Positions 38,778-51,854 of a stretch of DNA of 64,000 nt are shown in pieces. The position numbers and the translations under genes are program-made. A model generated the notes under the pieces. The model was not told the origin of the DNA, made no database searches, and was given only the letters and a program-made list of their open reading frames with translations. How positions within the stretch are numbered: position 1 is the stretch's first letter; the number at the start of each line of letters is the position of its first letter. Source of the stretch: Batkoa obscura (lineage: Eukaryota); contig JASVEC010000024.1 of the NCBI GenBank assembly GCA_030770535.1, positions 62,001 to 126,000 on the forward strand, in the 5' to 3' direction.

Positions 38778-39731
38778 TTATTTGAGTTGAACGGGTTTTC
38801 TCCATCTTAATGCAAATGCAAAGATATTCATCATTGAACAAATAGCAATGATAGCCATACACCAGAAAAAGGCAGCAATATCAGCTAAACATCCTATAAT
38901 AGGTATACCAGGTTGAGAGTTTCTTAAAGCAGGTAATGCAAATAACATAGATATTCCAACAGCCAAAAGAGGTGGCGGAATATCCCTACGTGAAATTATA
39001 ATATCATAAGTAAATACAAACAATGCAATAGATAACCCCCACATTACGATCATTACAAAAATTGAAAAAATCTTGGATTTAAGAGGTTGAGTTAGTTGAA
39101 TAAAAACCCCCAGAGCTTCTGAACTTGTATAGGAGCCTTTGAATAATGGTATCAGTTCTTCAAGATCTTTAATAGGGCTTGAGCGAACAGCTGGAGAATA
39201 GGATAATAAATCTCTATCAGTTGTTATTGCAATTGGAATAATTGTTTTGTTAGTATCTTCGCAAGTAGCAGAAAAATAACTGGTAAATACTTCAAAAGGA
39301 TAATCATCCACGTTACCATCAATGATAGGCACGGTAAAAGTAATCGGATCTGGAAGCTTGCCCTTAACAAGGGCTGATTTAGCGTAAAGTAAATTACAAG
39401 TTATGTTTTCGTTTGGTACACCAAATTCATTTGAATATCCTCCAGATAAAAAAATATGAGAATATAAATTAATTTTACGGGCAGCTGAATCTACCGATTG
39501 GAAATTAAGATGAAAATTAACCCCTTCAAAAGTTTCCTCAGTTTCTCCAGCTGGTATGTAAGATCCATTGTCCCCAGATAAATTATTATCCTTGGTTAAG
39601 ATCACAGGAAGAACGATTATGCACCATAAAGCTATCCCTATTATAAAGCATACAATTCTTCTAATCCGAGTATTTGAAGAGATTCTTTCATAATTATCTT
39701 TTATAAATTGAACCATATTATGTAAATGCAA
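38778..39731 (-). CDS. DUF4436-like / pLGIC-like membrane protein, copy 6 (intronless)
   Basis: TCN, YPFEV, VMWG, RDIPPP, MLFALPALRNSQPG, GCLAD, LRWRKP. Confidence 0.85.
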   Translation of the reverse strand: MHLHNMVQFIKDNYERISSNTRIRRIVCFIIGIALWCIIVLPVILTKDNNLSGDNGSYIPAGETEETFEGVNFHLNFQSVDSAARKINLYSHIFLSGGYSNEFGVPNENITCNLLYAKSALVKGKLPDPITFTVPIIDGNVDDYPFEVFTSYFSATCEDTNKTIIPIAITTDRDLLSYSPAVRSSPIKDLEELIPLFKGSYTSSEALGVFIQLTQPLKSKIFSIFVMIVMWGLSIALFVFTYDIIISRRDIPPPLLAVGISMLFALPALRNSQPGIPIIGCLADIAAFFWCMAIIAICSMMNIFAFALRWRKPVQLK

Positions 39732-40300
39732 TATAAAAAATTATTTCTTAATTCCTTTAAACCGTTTTATATAGTTACTTATAGGGGTGAATGAATAAAA
39801 TTTGATAAAAATGGCAAAACAAATTAGCTTATGAAAACCCTAATATCATATTATATTAAGGGTGTATACTTTTGATTAACTCAATATGCTCCATTTATGA
39901 AACTTGGATTAACTAAAAATAGCTTTAAATTAAAAATCTTTTAAAAATATATATTTTTACATAATAATAAAGAATTTAGTGCATGAAGTATTCTTTATTC
40001 TTCATCTTTACAATGCTTCGTTAAACATGTTGGTAAAGTACAACAACATGATTTTTAAGCTATCGCTCATTTTAGGTTATATTATTCTAAACACACTAAA
40101 GTATTTTTAATTTACCAGATATTAAAAATACAACTTACTCTTACTTTTGGACATGTTTCTATTAAGGGGGTTTGGAATTTATTGACGGAGGTTTATTGTC
40201 CCGAGCTAATTTTTTGCAAAAAATTATTGGTTTAAAGATCAATGTTTTTTCTAAAAGGTTTTGCTCACCAGCTTTTTAATTTCATAATCCCCCGATCTTA

Positions 40301-40406
40301 ATACGGGAGTGTTTTTTTGATTTCATAACTTTTTCCATTTTTTGAGCGCTATTTAGGCGGAGAGATTGTTAGTAAAATTATTAAGCAAAAAAATACATCC
40401 CCATAC
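40301..40406 (-). mobile_element. MITE family A copy
   Basis: ATACGGGAGTG..ACATCCCCATAC. Confidence 0.8.
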
Positions 40407-40788
40407 ATTGATTATCAAAGTTATAAACCAATTGCTAACATAGCCCAAAAATAAGGTGAACCTTTAAAAACTTAATTGAATCAAGACATGTCTTTTGTAA
40501 CTCTTTTGCAATTTTTTTTGGTAATTTTAATCAAATTATAGGTTTTTCTAAGATAAGCACTATACTAAAATAAATTTTATTGTGTCATCGCCATTTTATA
40601 TTCGCAAAAAATAAAAAGTCAATTTTCAAAACAAGGTTTTAATAAAGATCTTCTCTTCTAATAATAAATACGATTTAGTCAATAAAAGCTAATTATTTCA
40701 CTAGAGTAGCATTTGTAGTAATCAATTTTAAAATTGTAACTTTTAATCTTTTAGCTCCAGATTATTATGTTTTAATTCTGGAACTTTT

Positions 40789-40894
40789 ATATGGAGATGT
40801 ATTTTTGTATTTAAGAATTTTACTGACAATTTTCCCACATAAATAGCGCTTAAAAAATGGAAAAGTAATGAAACCAAAAAAAACAGCCCCATAT
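40789..40894 (+). mobile_element. MITE family A copy (a degenerate copy follows at about 40932-41026)
   Basis: ATATGGAGATG..ACAGCCCCATAT. Confidence 0.8.
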
Positions 40895-41144
40895 CATTGC
40901 TAAAAGCAAAAATAAAATGTGATTTCTCAATGCTGGAATGTATTTCTCAAATTTTGCAATTTCTTTCTCTACTTAAGCAGTGCCTAAAAAGCGTAAAAGA
41001 TGATAGAATAAAAAACGCTCTCATATATTGGTTTTCCTAGTAAAAATAACGAATTAAAATAAATTAATTATCAGCTGATTTTATTTGTTAAAACTATTTT
41101 TAAGTACAACTCTAGTAATTTTCGTGTACAAATTTGTTAAAATA

Positions 41145-41534
41145 CAATCACTAAAGTGGGAAAATGATTGTTAGAATTTATCTCAGCACTAATCAACAGA
41201 AAATTTATACCAAATAATTACTATTAAATTCAATTAAAGTTTTTTATCATATTTAAACAAAAATATAATTTATAATACAATACAACTTAAATAAAATTAT
41301 GGATGCAGAATTTTTTTTTGATTTAATTCCAATATCTTATTTTAGTAAACTTTCGTGTTTATGATTAATTTAGTGCCAACTCCTTACTAGAATTTATCAT
41401 ACGAAAGATATCTTTGCTTATAAGTTCTAGTGCAAACCTATTCAAAGTTGTCAAATTTAATTTTTTTTTTGCAACTTTAAAGAATAAATTTGCTGAAACA
41501 AATCTGTGGCATCCATTTTCCCACTTAGTGACTG
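41145..41534. mobile_element. ~390-bp Tc1/pogo-like non-autonomous element (family C) with TA flanks
   Basis: TA|CAATCACTAAAGTGGGAAAATG ... CATTTTCCCACTTAGTGACTG|TA. Confidence 0.7.
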
Positions 41535-41663
41535 TAAAACGCATTATAAAAATAGGTAAGTAAGAATGAGGTAAAAACTACGTAACTAATATAATGTGAA
41601 ACTAACAATGAGTATATAAACTAAGTAAAGTCAAAACTGATAATTATATTTAAATTAAATAAA

Positions 41664-41837
41664 ATGGCTGTTGAAGCAAGTGATGTTTTGAAAGTAGTTG
41701 GTACAATCCTTTTACCACCTTTAGGCGTGCTTTTAGATAGAGGTTGTGGTGTTGATCTTCTAATTAATGTATTGTTAACTCTATTAGGCTATATCCCTGG
41801 ATTAATTCATGCTTTGTATATAATAATGAAGTTGTAA
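41664..41837 (+). CDS. PMP3: PMP3/YqaE/RCI2 membrane proteolipid, 57 aa
   Basis: MAVEASDVLKVVGTILLPPLGVLLDRGCGVDLLINVLLTLLGYIPGLIHALYIIMKL*; absent from the ORF track. Confidence 0.92.
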   Translation: MAVEASDVLKVVGTILLPPLGVLLDRGCGVDLLINVLLTLLGYIPGLIHALYIIMKL

Positions 41838-42524
41838 CCGTTAACTGGTGTTAAATAATATATCTACTCTCTTTATTAATAAATATGCCTTAATAGCGAG
41901 TCTCATTTTTTTACTGCATGTTTTTTTTAATATGGATGATAAAAATATAAGTTTTCACTATGTATAGGAATTATCAGTTAAATACTTTTCTTCTACTTTT
42001 AACTATTCCATATCCTCCCACTTTAGCCTGTTATCAAAACGAAGCTCTAAGACTTTGTCAGTACTTAATAAAGTAAGTGAGTTGATTTTTGTAAAGATAA
42101 AGGAGTCATCTGCAGTGCCAAGCCTGAACAGAATAAGTTAATAAATATTAACAATAAAATCAAAACAAATTTTATAAACAATAAGAATACTTTGTACTTA
42201 ATATCTAATTACCAAATAATAATAGATCACAGTATAAAAAAGTTCAAACTATAAGTTTAAAAAAATGAAGCGAATTAATAAAATGTATATTTTCTAAGCA
42301 TGCTTAAATATACTTTATTTTTTAGGAGGTATAAAAATTAATGAAAATGAGGAGCTATGAGTTTAAATATAAACCGAATTAATGATTAAAAAAATACCAC
42401 CTTATAAATTGAAAATTAAGATTGAGATAAAAGCTATAGCATGATAAAAATAAAAGGTCCTCCCAATCCAGCGGTTGAGGAAAAATAGTTAAATAAACCC
42501 GATACAGGAGTGAGACCATTGAGT

Positions 42525-45500
42525 TTAACGTTTAATAAACGTTCTCCTTAATAATGAAAGGAGCTTGGTTACATTTAATTGTACATATTCTAAATCTAAT
42601 AAATGAACATTGTCTTGTTGCTAAATTTAAATTAATATATATTATAAGCACATTATTAGTATAGTTTAGCTTACCTTCTCCAATAAATCATCTAATTTTA
42701 GATCCATTTCTAATATAGGTTTCTCTCTCCCTAGATAATTTTAGATTTAATTGACAATTTGTATAAATAAATTACCCTTATAGTGAAGCGCTATAATAAA
42801 TGTTCCAGGAACAGGAGAAAATATGTTGAAGTAAATATTGTTACGTCTAAAGATATGTTAAAAAATAGTAATTAATTAATATATAAAGTTACCTATTCTC
42901 TGGGATATTACTTTCCACAATAGTTCCGTCTTTTTCAAGTTGGAAATGAGAAAATTTATATGGCCCTAACATTTGTGGTTTAGCCTTTTCTTTAATACCA
43001 ATTCCACCAGTTTGGAAACGAACATTTTGCAAGTATGCTTTATATGACTCTAATTGGCATCTCAAATAGTTGTTATGATCACAGATGGTTTTGTAGACTG
43101 TTTCTAATGAAATGTATTCATCTTTGATTTTTTCCCGAAGATTCCCAAGATGTGTAATTTCCTAAATAAAGTTATTAAATAACCTCAAATAAATAAAAAT
43201 CTATTACTTGTTTAACTTCTTCGGTCATTAAATTATAGTTATCGTTTGGATCAACAGCTCCAAGCTCTTCTAGTTCCTTTAACATGTCGTATACTTTAAT
43301 TCCTTTGCGGACTAAAGAAGGATCTTTACTCATTGATGCCTGTTTGGCAACTTCACCGAGGTTCAAATCACACAATGCAAAATGAGGAAGAGCTCTTAAC
43401 AACTGAACAAAGATGGATTTTGTTTCCATATACAAAAGATCCGTTTTGGTGACATTCATGTCATTAGGGAAAGCACCGAGCCCTATTTAAATTTTAGTAT
43501 CATAAGACAGAAACTACTTTGTGATTACCTTCGATAGGAGTTTCGAACTTACTGAAGAGGGGTAGCTCTACAGTTTTATTTTCATATCTTGGTACTTGAG
43601 GAGGTGGGGGACCTAGTTCATCTAAACAAATTCTAAGCCTTTGATCCTCGTTTGGAGCCTAACATAAATTAGAATTTTACATTAAAAAAGGAAGTATAAA
43701 ACATACCAATGAATTCATATGTTGAACTAAAAGTGCATGGGTGTTGAACATTTCATTTAATGTAATATTCAATACAAGGTCCTTTTTAGATAAAGCAATA
43801 TATTGATCCATCTAGATATTTTATTTTAGTACAAACCAAAGCTATCTCAAATATTCTTACCTCTAAACCTTCATAGAAATCCCCTACTTCACATAACTCA
43901 TTTAAAAACCTATTCACTCTAGGTTTATTACTTTCGATGAATGGAGTAAGTGCAGTCATATGAGCTTCTTTAGAATAGGTTGGCTTATTAGCTAAATTTT
44001 GAACTATTTTAGCGACCTAAAAATTTGTTAGGATATATTTTTAATATGTAAATAGAATATACCAGTGTAAGAGTACGTCTGGGATTCTTGAGTAAGCTTT
44101 TTTCTACAAGCATATATGCCTGTGGGGTTACAATAGCAGGATTTAAGAAACGTAAAAAGAAAAATGCACCAATCAAAGTACAAATACTATAGTCGGAAGC
44201 TTGTGGATATTTACGCTACAAGTAATATAAGTATCGTTATTTTTTTGTTTTTTATATAACAAACCTTTGTCAATGATCGAATTTGTTTACAAATCCATCG
44301 GATACCGTATGGTACAGTCTCAAGAGATTCGATAATGGTATCTAGAAATCCAGTTGCTACTTCACAAAGTTTTTCAATTCTAGGTTCTATCCTTTCTTGA
44401 ACTTTTGGATGCTTAGCAGCTTCTTCAGCAGTTACTCCTTTTGGAGGAGGAGGTAAATCGTTATCTTCGGCTTCTCTGACAACCTCTTCATAAACCTAAG
44501 AATATTTAGTTTTCGATAAAAGACTATTATACTTTATAATACCGAAAGAGGATTAATTTCTAAGTTAAGTTCGGTATCTTCAATTACAGCAAAAATACGT
44601 GCAGCTAAAACATTTTTGAGATAAGTTTGTCCAGGGCCACGTCTAAGAAAGGTTTAGTCTTCATAACATAAAATAAGATTTATAATACCGTGTATATGTG
44701 GTCATCATCCTTGACACTGGTGTATTTGCTCTCAAAAGGGATCCGAACTCTGTGGTAGCTTCAAACTGGGCAGAAAGCACAGACTAAAATAGTTAGCTAA
44801 AGCTCGAATAGATAAGTTGTAAATCCTACCTGGAACATAGTAAGCAGAAGATGCTCTTCTCTGCTTTCATATTGGTTACCATAAAGAGTAAACATAACTG
44901 TTTGAAGTAAAGTATCTATTTCTGTTAAACTGACTAATCGTGTGAGGGTGGCTACATGTCTAGGCTCTGACTGAAGAAGGAAAAATAAATTTCCGTATTG
45001 CTATATAACAATTTTAGCTTTCCTAAATTGACTTTTTGAATAAATTACCTGACGCTTTCTATCATCAGGGAAAACACCTTCAATGGAATCTGTTTCTTCT
45101 AGATGAACTGCCATATCCTAATATAACTTAATTTTTAATCTGAAAAATGACAAAGTTTCTTACTTTAACTTCGTCAAGAGCCATTCTATTTTGAATCAGC
45201 AAAGCAATTCTCCCATCTAAATATCTAACATCACGTTCAAGGACAAAATTCTTCTTTGATTGTGCGGAAATTCTGCCTTTTAAGTCCGATAATTCTTTCT
45301 GTGCTATAATTTTGGTCAAACTTAAAACTTAAACTTTGAAATTAAAATACCTTTTGCCAAATCATCATTGACTTCTGAATCATGTTCAGCGGCCATTGAA
45401 TAATAGGCAGATACCGAATATCTATTTCCAGAGTATCCAGAATTTTCGCTATGGCGAGGTTGTGCTTGTGCTTGTGCTTGTGTAGTCACCATTTGACTTC

Positions 45501-45564
45501 GAGGTACTGACGATAAAGCAGGAGCTAAAACTGAACCTGAAAGGGCACTATTACGCAAAGACAT
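42525..45564 (-). CDS. Ras GTPase-activating protein, Gap1/Sar1 (IQGAP-related RasGAP plus RasGAP_C), many introns
   Basis: [72 protein letters not shown]; ends [24 protein letters not shown]. Confidence 0.88.
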
Positions 45565-47190
45565 TGGGATAGAATCGTATTATAATTTAATTATTTGTCC
45601 GATATGGTTGCCTTTCCGGGTTTATAAAAAATGAGTAGTTAACTAATTAATGATAATATTAATTCAAGATTAAATTAAAGAACTTAAGTTGAGTCTAATT
45701 TCCATTTACATTAGCTTACTTTCTCCATCTTTGTCATAAAAAATTGAAATTGGCCAATGGCATCCATTGTATTGCCTAAATATCGAATGAAAAGCGAGAA
45801 ATTATAAGTTAAGGTTTTGGCCAATAGCTGTTTTACTTTATAATTTAATATTCATTGCACCTTTTATTTTTCCAGATTGGCCAATAAATTAAAAAAATTG
45901 TTCCTTATAATAATTTAAATTAATAGTTTTCAAATATCCAATAAAATTTGATGAAGTGAAAATAATTATGGTAAATGAAAGTAATAGAATTCAAACAAAA
46001 TTAATATATTTAATAAGCAGTAGGATATTTGTGTCTATTGGTTTTAATTTTCATGGGAATTAAGTGTTAATTATAACAAATATAGATTTTTGAAATAAAG
46101 GTAATGTATTATTAATGTGTTGGACTCTAACTGACAATATGAATAAATCAAAAATAGTTATTTGATTAAGTTTACTTGTAACTGTAAGCTGACAATTAGA
46201 TATTAAAGTTGATGAATTTGGAGCCGCAGAATTAATTGAGGTACTGGCATATTGGAAAATGGTACATAAATTAAGCTTAACATAGTTTTGTATATTATGT
46301 AATAAAAACCCTTAAAATAAGAATAAAGATTTAAACTTCACTTTTCTATATAAAAGCAGCAGCTTTAATTTTGCATAGAAATACTTGTAAGCTATAATTA
46401 TACAAAAGTGTGCTCTAAACGCTCATATAGAATAATAGCGATGATTTAGATTTAAAAATACCATATTAGTGTTTGAGTAGCTAAGTTACCATGATTTTAT
46501 AATTGCTGCTCTTATTGTCACTAATACAAAATTATTAATAAAATATTTAAAACTAAATTTATAAAAATTCAAAATTAGTATTTAAATAAGCTTATTTTAG
46601 TAAAAAGAAAGCTATTAAGTACTATAGTTGCCTCATAATAAAATTACTTGTAGTATATAGTCTATATATATAATAAAATTAAATATAATCTCAATTTATT
46701 TTAAATATTATGAAATAGTTACATTCAAATTTGCTGATAAAGATTAGTATAGTTTTATAATTCTTCAAATTGATAGATTTGATAAATCAGTACTTTAACT
46801 AAATACTAATTAGAAAAGCACACTTCAATTTAAAATCAAATGTAATATACATAACACATATACATAAATACGATCAAAATCCAATCTTAGATACTTAATA
46901 TCGAATACAGACTTTAAAGATAGATGTTTATTTATAATTAAATTTATTTCTCGCTTGTAATAATAATTTTACAAAAATCAAATTATAGTTTAATTAAATA
47001 ATATATAAACTGAAGCGAGGATGATAGAAAGTTTAAAGTAATCGGTATCTTTCAAATAAAAATAAAATAAATATTCATTCTTATCTATTTAGGAAACTTT
47101 TATTATTCAAGCCAAGATTCCAATTAGTTTTAAATCTTATTTTAACAAAATCCAGAGATTTTATCATAAGCTTGACTTATATTCGATAGT

Positions 47191-47956
47191 CTACCTCTTT
47201 ACCTCTTTATCTCTTTTTAGAACCGTTTGGTGGTTTTCTATAGTTAAAATTTCCGCTTTTACTTTAGCTAGGTTACACTTCCCACTATCTATAATTGCAC
47301 CAGGATCTCTGCTACTTTTACTCCCTTTAAATGTAATGGCTTCATATTTGTCTGAGAAACTAGCGCTAACAACAGCACTGTCTTTCATAACATTTAAACT
47401 ATTTTTCGATGACCTTTCTGCTTTTCTCTTTTGAGTGTCTCTAGTACAATGTGTCTGTTTGCTTTGGCTGTTAATGTTTTTTTTACCCTTCTTCTCATTA
47501 TGTTCGAACAACTACTGCTAGCCTTATCCTTGGTACTATATATCATTTGTTTACAGTCAATATTTGTTGCCACTTTATTATTTATTACATCTTTACCACC
47601 CACTGCATTTCTTATCACTACCAATACCTTCATTTTCCCTTTTTTATTTAAAATATCCTTTTCAAGTCTATTTGTCTTTATATTTTTAACACTGCTGGCA
47701 ATTACTTCACTATCGTCAGCAGTATTTACGATCAGTTCATCGTTACTGTTTAGCATATCTTTGTTGTCACCATTTATAACATTTTTCTTCTTGTCTAAAA
47801 GCGACTTTTTTAACCTTTTATTTTTTGTGACTCTTTTTTATTGAGCATTTCCACTTTTTTATCGATAGCTATCACCACCTTTTTTTAGGTCTAGTTTTTT
47901 TCTATTTGTTTTTTTCTATTAGTTGTAGCATATATGGCTGAATCAGTGATCATCAT
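47191..47956 (-). pseudogene. Lys-rich low-complexity coding-like tract broken across frames (possible pseudogene)
   Basis: Overlapping minus-strand ORFs 47394-47756 and 47191-47511 have similar K/S-rich composition; no obvious intron joins them. Confidence 0.3.
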
Positions 47957-48152
47957 TTTTTAGTATAGTTAAAAAAATAAACTTGATCTTTACTTTATTC
48001 TTTTATTGTTAAAAGTTGATTGAACAAGGGATGGGTCATTGTCAATCAATTAAATGGAAATTATAAGTCAATGTGCTTTTGAACAAAAACTATCAATGAT
48101 TTATATAATTAATGTATAAAATGAACAGATGGCTTGTAAACCTAAAATCAAG

Positions 48153-48257
48153 ATATGGGAGTGTGTTTTTTTATTTAGGAATTGTACTACAATCTTTCCA
48201 CTCAAATAGCACTTAAGAAATGGAAAAATAATGAAACTAAAACAAATATCCTCATAT
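48153..48257 (+). mobile_element. MITE family A copy
   Basis: ATATGGGAGTG..ATATCCTCATAT. Confidence 0.78.
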
Positions 48258-49114
48258 TCAATATATTTTTTAGTGGCTTTTTTATATATAACTACATTGA
48301 CTTTTTTGTTAGCATACATATATCTTTATCGTTTTTATAAAATAAGCTTACTTGTGAATAAAATCTAAATTTTTAATTACTTTAAGGATAATTTAACATA
48401 AATAGTAAATAACAGATAGCACCGAATTATAATATTATGTTTAAAGACACTGAAAAATTAACTAAATGTTATCGACTAGTGGCTTTTTATATTTTTCAAA
48501 GATATCAATAACGTCTTTTAGTTGTTGTATGCTTTAAAGCGGTTATTTTAAAGATTTAGAGATAATGTAAGTTCTAAAATTTAACTACTTTTTAAATATA
48601 GCTCTCAGTATAAATAATTAACAAGTTTTCAATTTTATCAAGATCTAACAACGACAAACATTTGATTCAATTATATTTTGATATTTTTAATCATGAATTT
48701 TTTTCCATTTGTAAATAGCACTTATTACACAAACTAGCAAACTGATAGATTTGCCCAAATTGCCTAAAAAATTACAACTTTATGGATTGTAGTATTTTGG
48801 GCATAGTCTTCCATAAATAATCACTCAACCAGGTTACTCATCATCTAGAATATAGTTAGTTAATGTAAAAAGCCAAAGTTCATTTCTCATCACATAAAGA
48901 TCGTATCTTATATAGTGAATAGAAAGTAATATATAACATGAAAATAAGTTAGTTTGTATAAATATTTATTGTATTACACAAAAATTATAATAACTTTTTA
49001 TATTTAAGAATAATTATGAACCCTTAAAAACTTGGATCGAAAATTAGAATTGACTAAAATTAAAGAATAATATTAAAATTAAAAAAAGTATTCTTTGTGA
49101 TTTTAATATAAAAT

Positions 49115-51170
49115 ATGAGTTCAGCAACCGAAGTACATTCCATTTATGATACCATTTTAATCTTAGATTTTGGGTCTCAATACTCGCATCTTATTACTAG
49201 AAGAGTTCGTGAAGCCGGTGTATACTGTGAGCTTTTACCTTGCACTCAAAAAATTTCGGAGCTTTCTTTTAAACCAAAAGGTATTCTAAAGCATTTTTAT
49301 AAAACTAGCTCATATTCTTAATTTGTCTATAGGTGTTATCTTATCTGGATCCCCATATTCTGTGTTTGCACCAGATGCTCCTCACGTAGATCATGCCGTA
49401 TTTGAATTAGGTGTACCAATTTTGGGTATCTGTTATGGTTTACAAGTAATATCTGTTTGTTTAAATTGCTTTAAAAATATTAACCATTTTATAAAAAGGA
49501 ACTTGGAACTCATATGGGAGGTGAAGTAAAAGCCTGTGAAAAACGTGAATATGGTCATGCTGAAGTTATGATCACTCGTCATCCAGATCATCCTTTCATT
49601 GATCGTTTATTCGAAGGCTTAGGTGACAAAATGACTGTGAGTTTTTTTTTTCGAACATTTTGGTTCTTATACTTACTATTTTTCAGGTTTGGATGTCTCA
49701 TGGAGATGCTCTCTCTAAACCTCCTCAAGGTTTCCGTACTATTGGACATACTGAAAACTCCCCATTCACTGCTATCGGAAGTGAATCTACTCACATGTTT
49801 GGTATGGATTTTTGATAATATAAATTAATTAAACTAATATTTTTAGGTATCCAATTCCATCCTGAAGTAACTCATACCCCTAAAGGAGCTCAACTCTTAA
49901 AGAACTTTGTAATCAATATTTGTGAATGCAAAGATGATTGGACAATGGTAATATTTTTAACATAGCGTTTCTTTGATATTAATCCTATTAATTAGGAATC
50001 CTTTGTTGAAAAAGAAATTGAACGCATCCGTGCTGTTGTAGGACCTACTGGTCAAGTAGTTGGTGCTGTAAGTGGTGGTGTTGACAGTACTGTTGCAGCC
50101 AAACTAATGACTGAGGCTATTGGTGAAAGGTAATTGTAATGAAAATACAAGACATTTAAAATTAAACCTTGTTTTTAAAAGATTCCATGCTATCCTTGTA
50201 GACAATGGTGTTATGAGATTAAATGAGTGTGAAAATGTTAAAAAAATCCTTAAGGATAGACTTGGCATTAATCTTCAAGTTGTAGATGCTGCTGATCTTT
50301 TCTTAGGAAAATTAGCTGGAGTAAATATCATTTTTCTTAAAAAAGCAAAAAATTAAACATATCATTAGGTTACTGATCCAGAAAAGAAACGTAAAATCAT
50401 TGGAAATACTTTTATTGAAGTTTTTGAAGCTGAAGCAGCCAAACTTGATAAAAGTACTGCTGACTCTGGAAATAATCACATTGAATTCCTTCTTCAGGGC
50501 ACCTTATACCCTGATGTCATTGAATCAATTTCATTCAAAGGTCCAAGTGCTACCATCAAATCACATCACGTAAGTCAATTTTTAAATTTATCAAACTCAG
50601 TATTAAAAAGTTTTATTTAGAATGTTGGAGGTCTTTTAGAAAACATGAAACTCAAGTTAATTGAGCCTTTGCGTGAATTATTCAAAGATGAAGTACGTGC
50701 ATTAGGAAAAATTCTTAACATTGATGATGAATTAGTATGGAGACATCCTTTCCCAGGGCCAGGTATTGCTATTCGTGTACTTGGAGAAGGTAATCATTTT
50801 TTTATTATAAAAAGATATTAGATTAACATATAATTTAGTTACACCATCTCAAGTTGAGATTGCTAGACAAGCTGATCATATTTATATTGAAGAAATTAAG
50901 AAAGCAGGATTATACCGTCAAATTGCACAAGCTTATGCTGCTCTTCTTCCTGTTAGATCCGTTGGTGTTATGGGAGATCAGCGTACTTATGAACAAGTTA
51001 TTGCTCTTCGTGCAGTTGAATCCTCAGATTTCATGACTGCTGATTGGTATCCAATGCCTACTGACGTCCTCAAAAAGATTTCTTCACGTATTATTAATGA
51101 AGTTAAAGGCGTAAATCGTGTTGTTTACGATGTATCTTCTAAACCACCTGCAACCATTGAATGGGAATAA
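49115..51170 (+). CDS. GUA1: GMP synthase (glutamine-hydrolysing), about nine introns
   Basis: [60 protein letters not shown]. Confidence 0.96.
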
Positions 51171-51854
51171 GTTACTCGTTTTTGTTGCAGTTATTTTAAT
51201 GTATTAGAATAAAATGTATAGATCCTTATTATAGACCTTTTAAAGATCTTCAAAAAACACTCATTAGACTTGTTTTTTAAGATAAAAATAAATAAAAACT
51301 CAATAAAGTATTTTATAAAACTAATAACTAAATAGTTCATTGCTTAATAATGATAAATGAGTTAAAATGGCTCATTTCTGAGTTAACTTAGTAGTCATAA
51401 TTTGATTAAAGTTATATTTTTTAGTCAAATCTATAAAAAGGTTCAATAAGAATTGTTTAACTACTTATGAAAAAAATGACTAAAAATAAAATAATATTTG
51501 TAATAATACTATTAATAATGTTATTAGTAATAATGTAAACGATTTAATTTCTTTTTGTATTTTTTCCCTTCAGTTACTGGAACTTTAAAATTAATTTTAG
51601 CATTTCAACTTTTTCAGTTAAAATGAAGGCGAATAATCTCATTAAGACACCAATTAACCTAATTAAGCAATATTTGTTAAAGCCTGCTGTTTATCACCGT
51701 TAAAAATAAAGTAAAAATCAACAATGATACTTCTTTGAAGTCAAATGAATTGTTTATATTAAAATTTAAGTTAGAAACAATAAAAGTATAATAGAGGTCT
51801 TATCTGCTTGATGACCTTTATCTTTTTTTATTTATTCTTTTAATACTCTTCATT

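Noticed and set aside
47431..47844. 137-aa hydrophobic plus-strand ORF resembling a membrane protein
   Set aside because: It is the antisense shadow of a Lys/Asn-rich minus-strand tract; the 22046 ORF opposite Pol eta has the same explanation.
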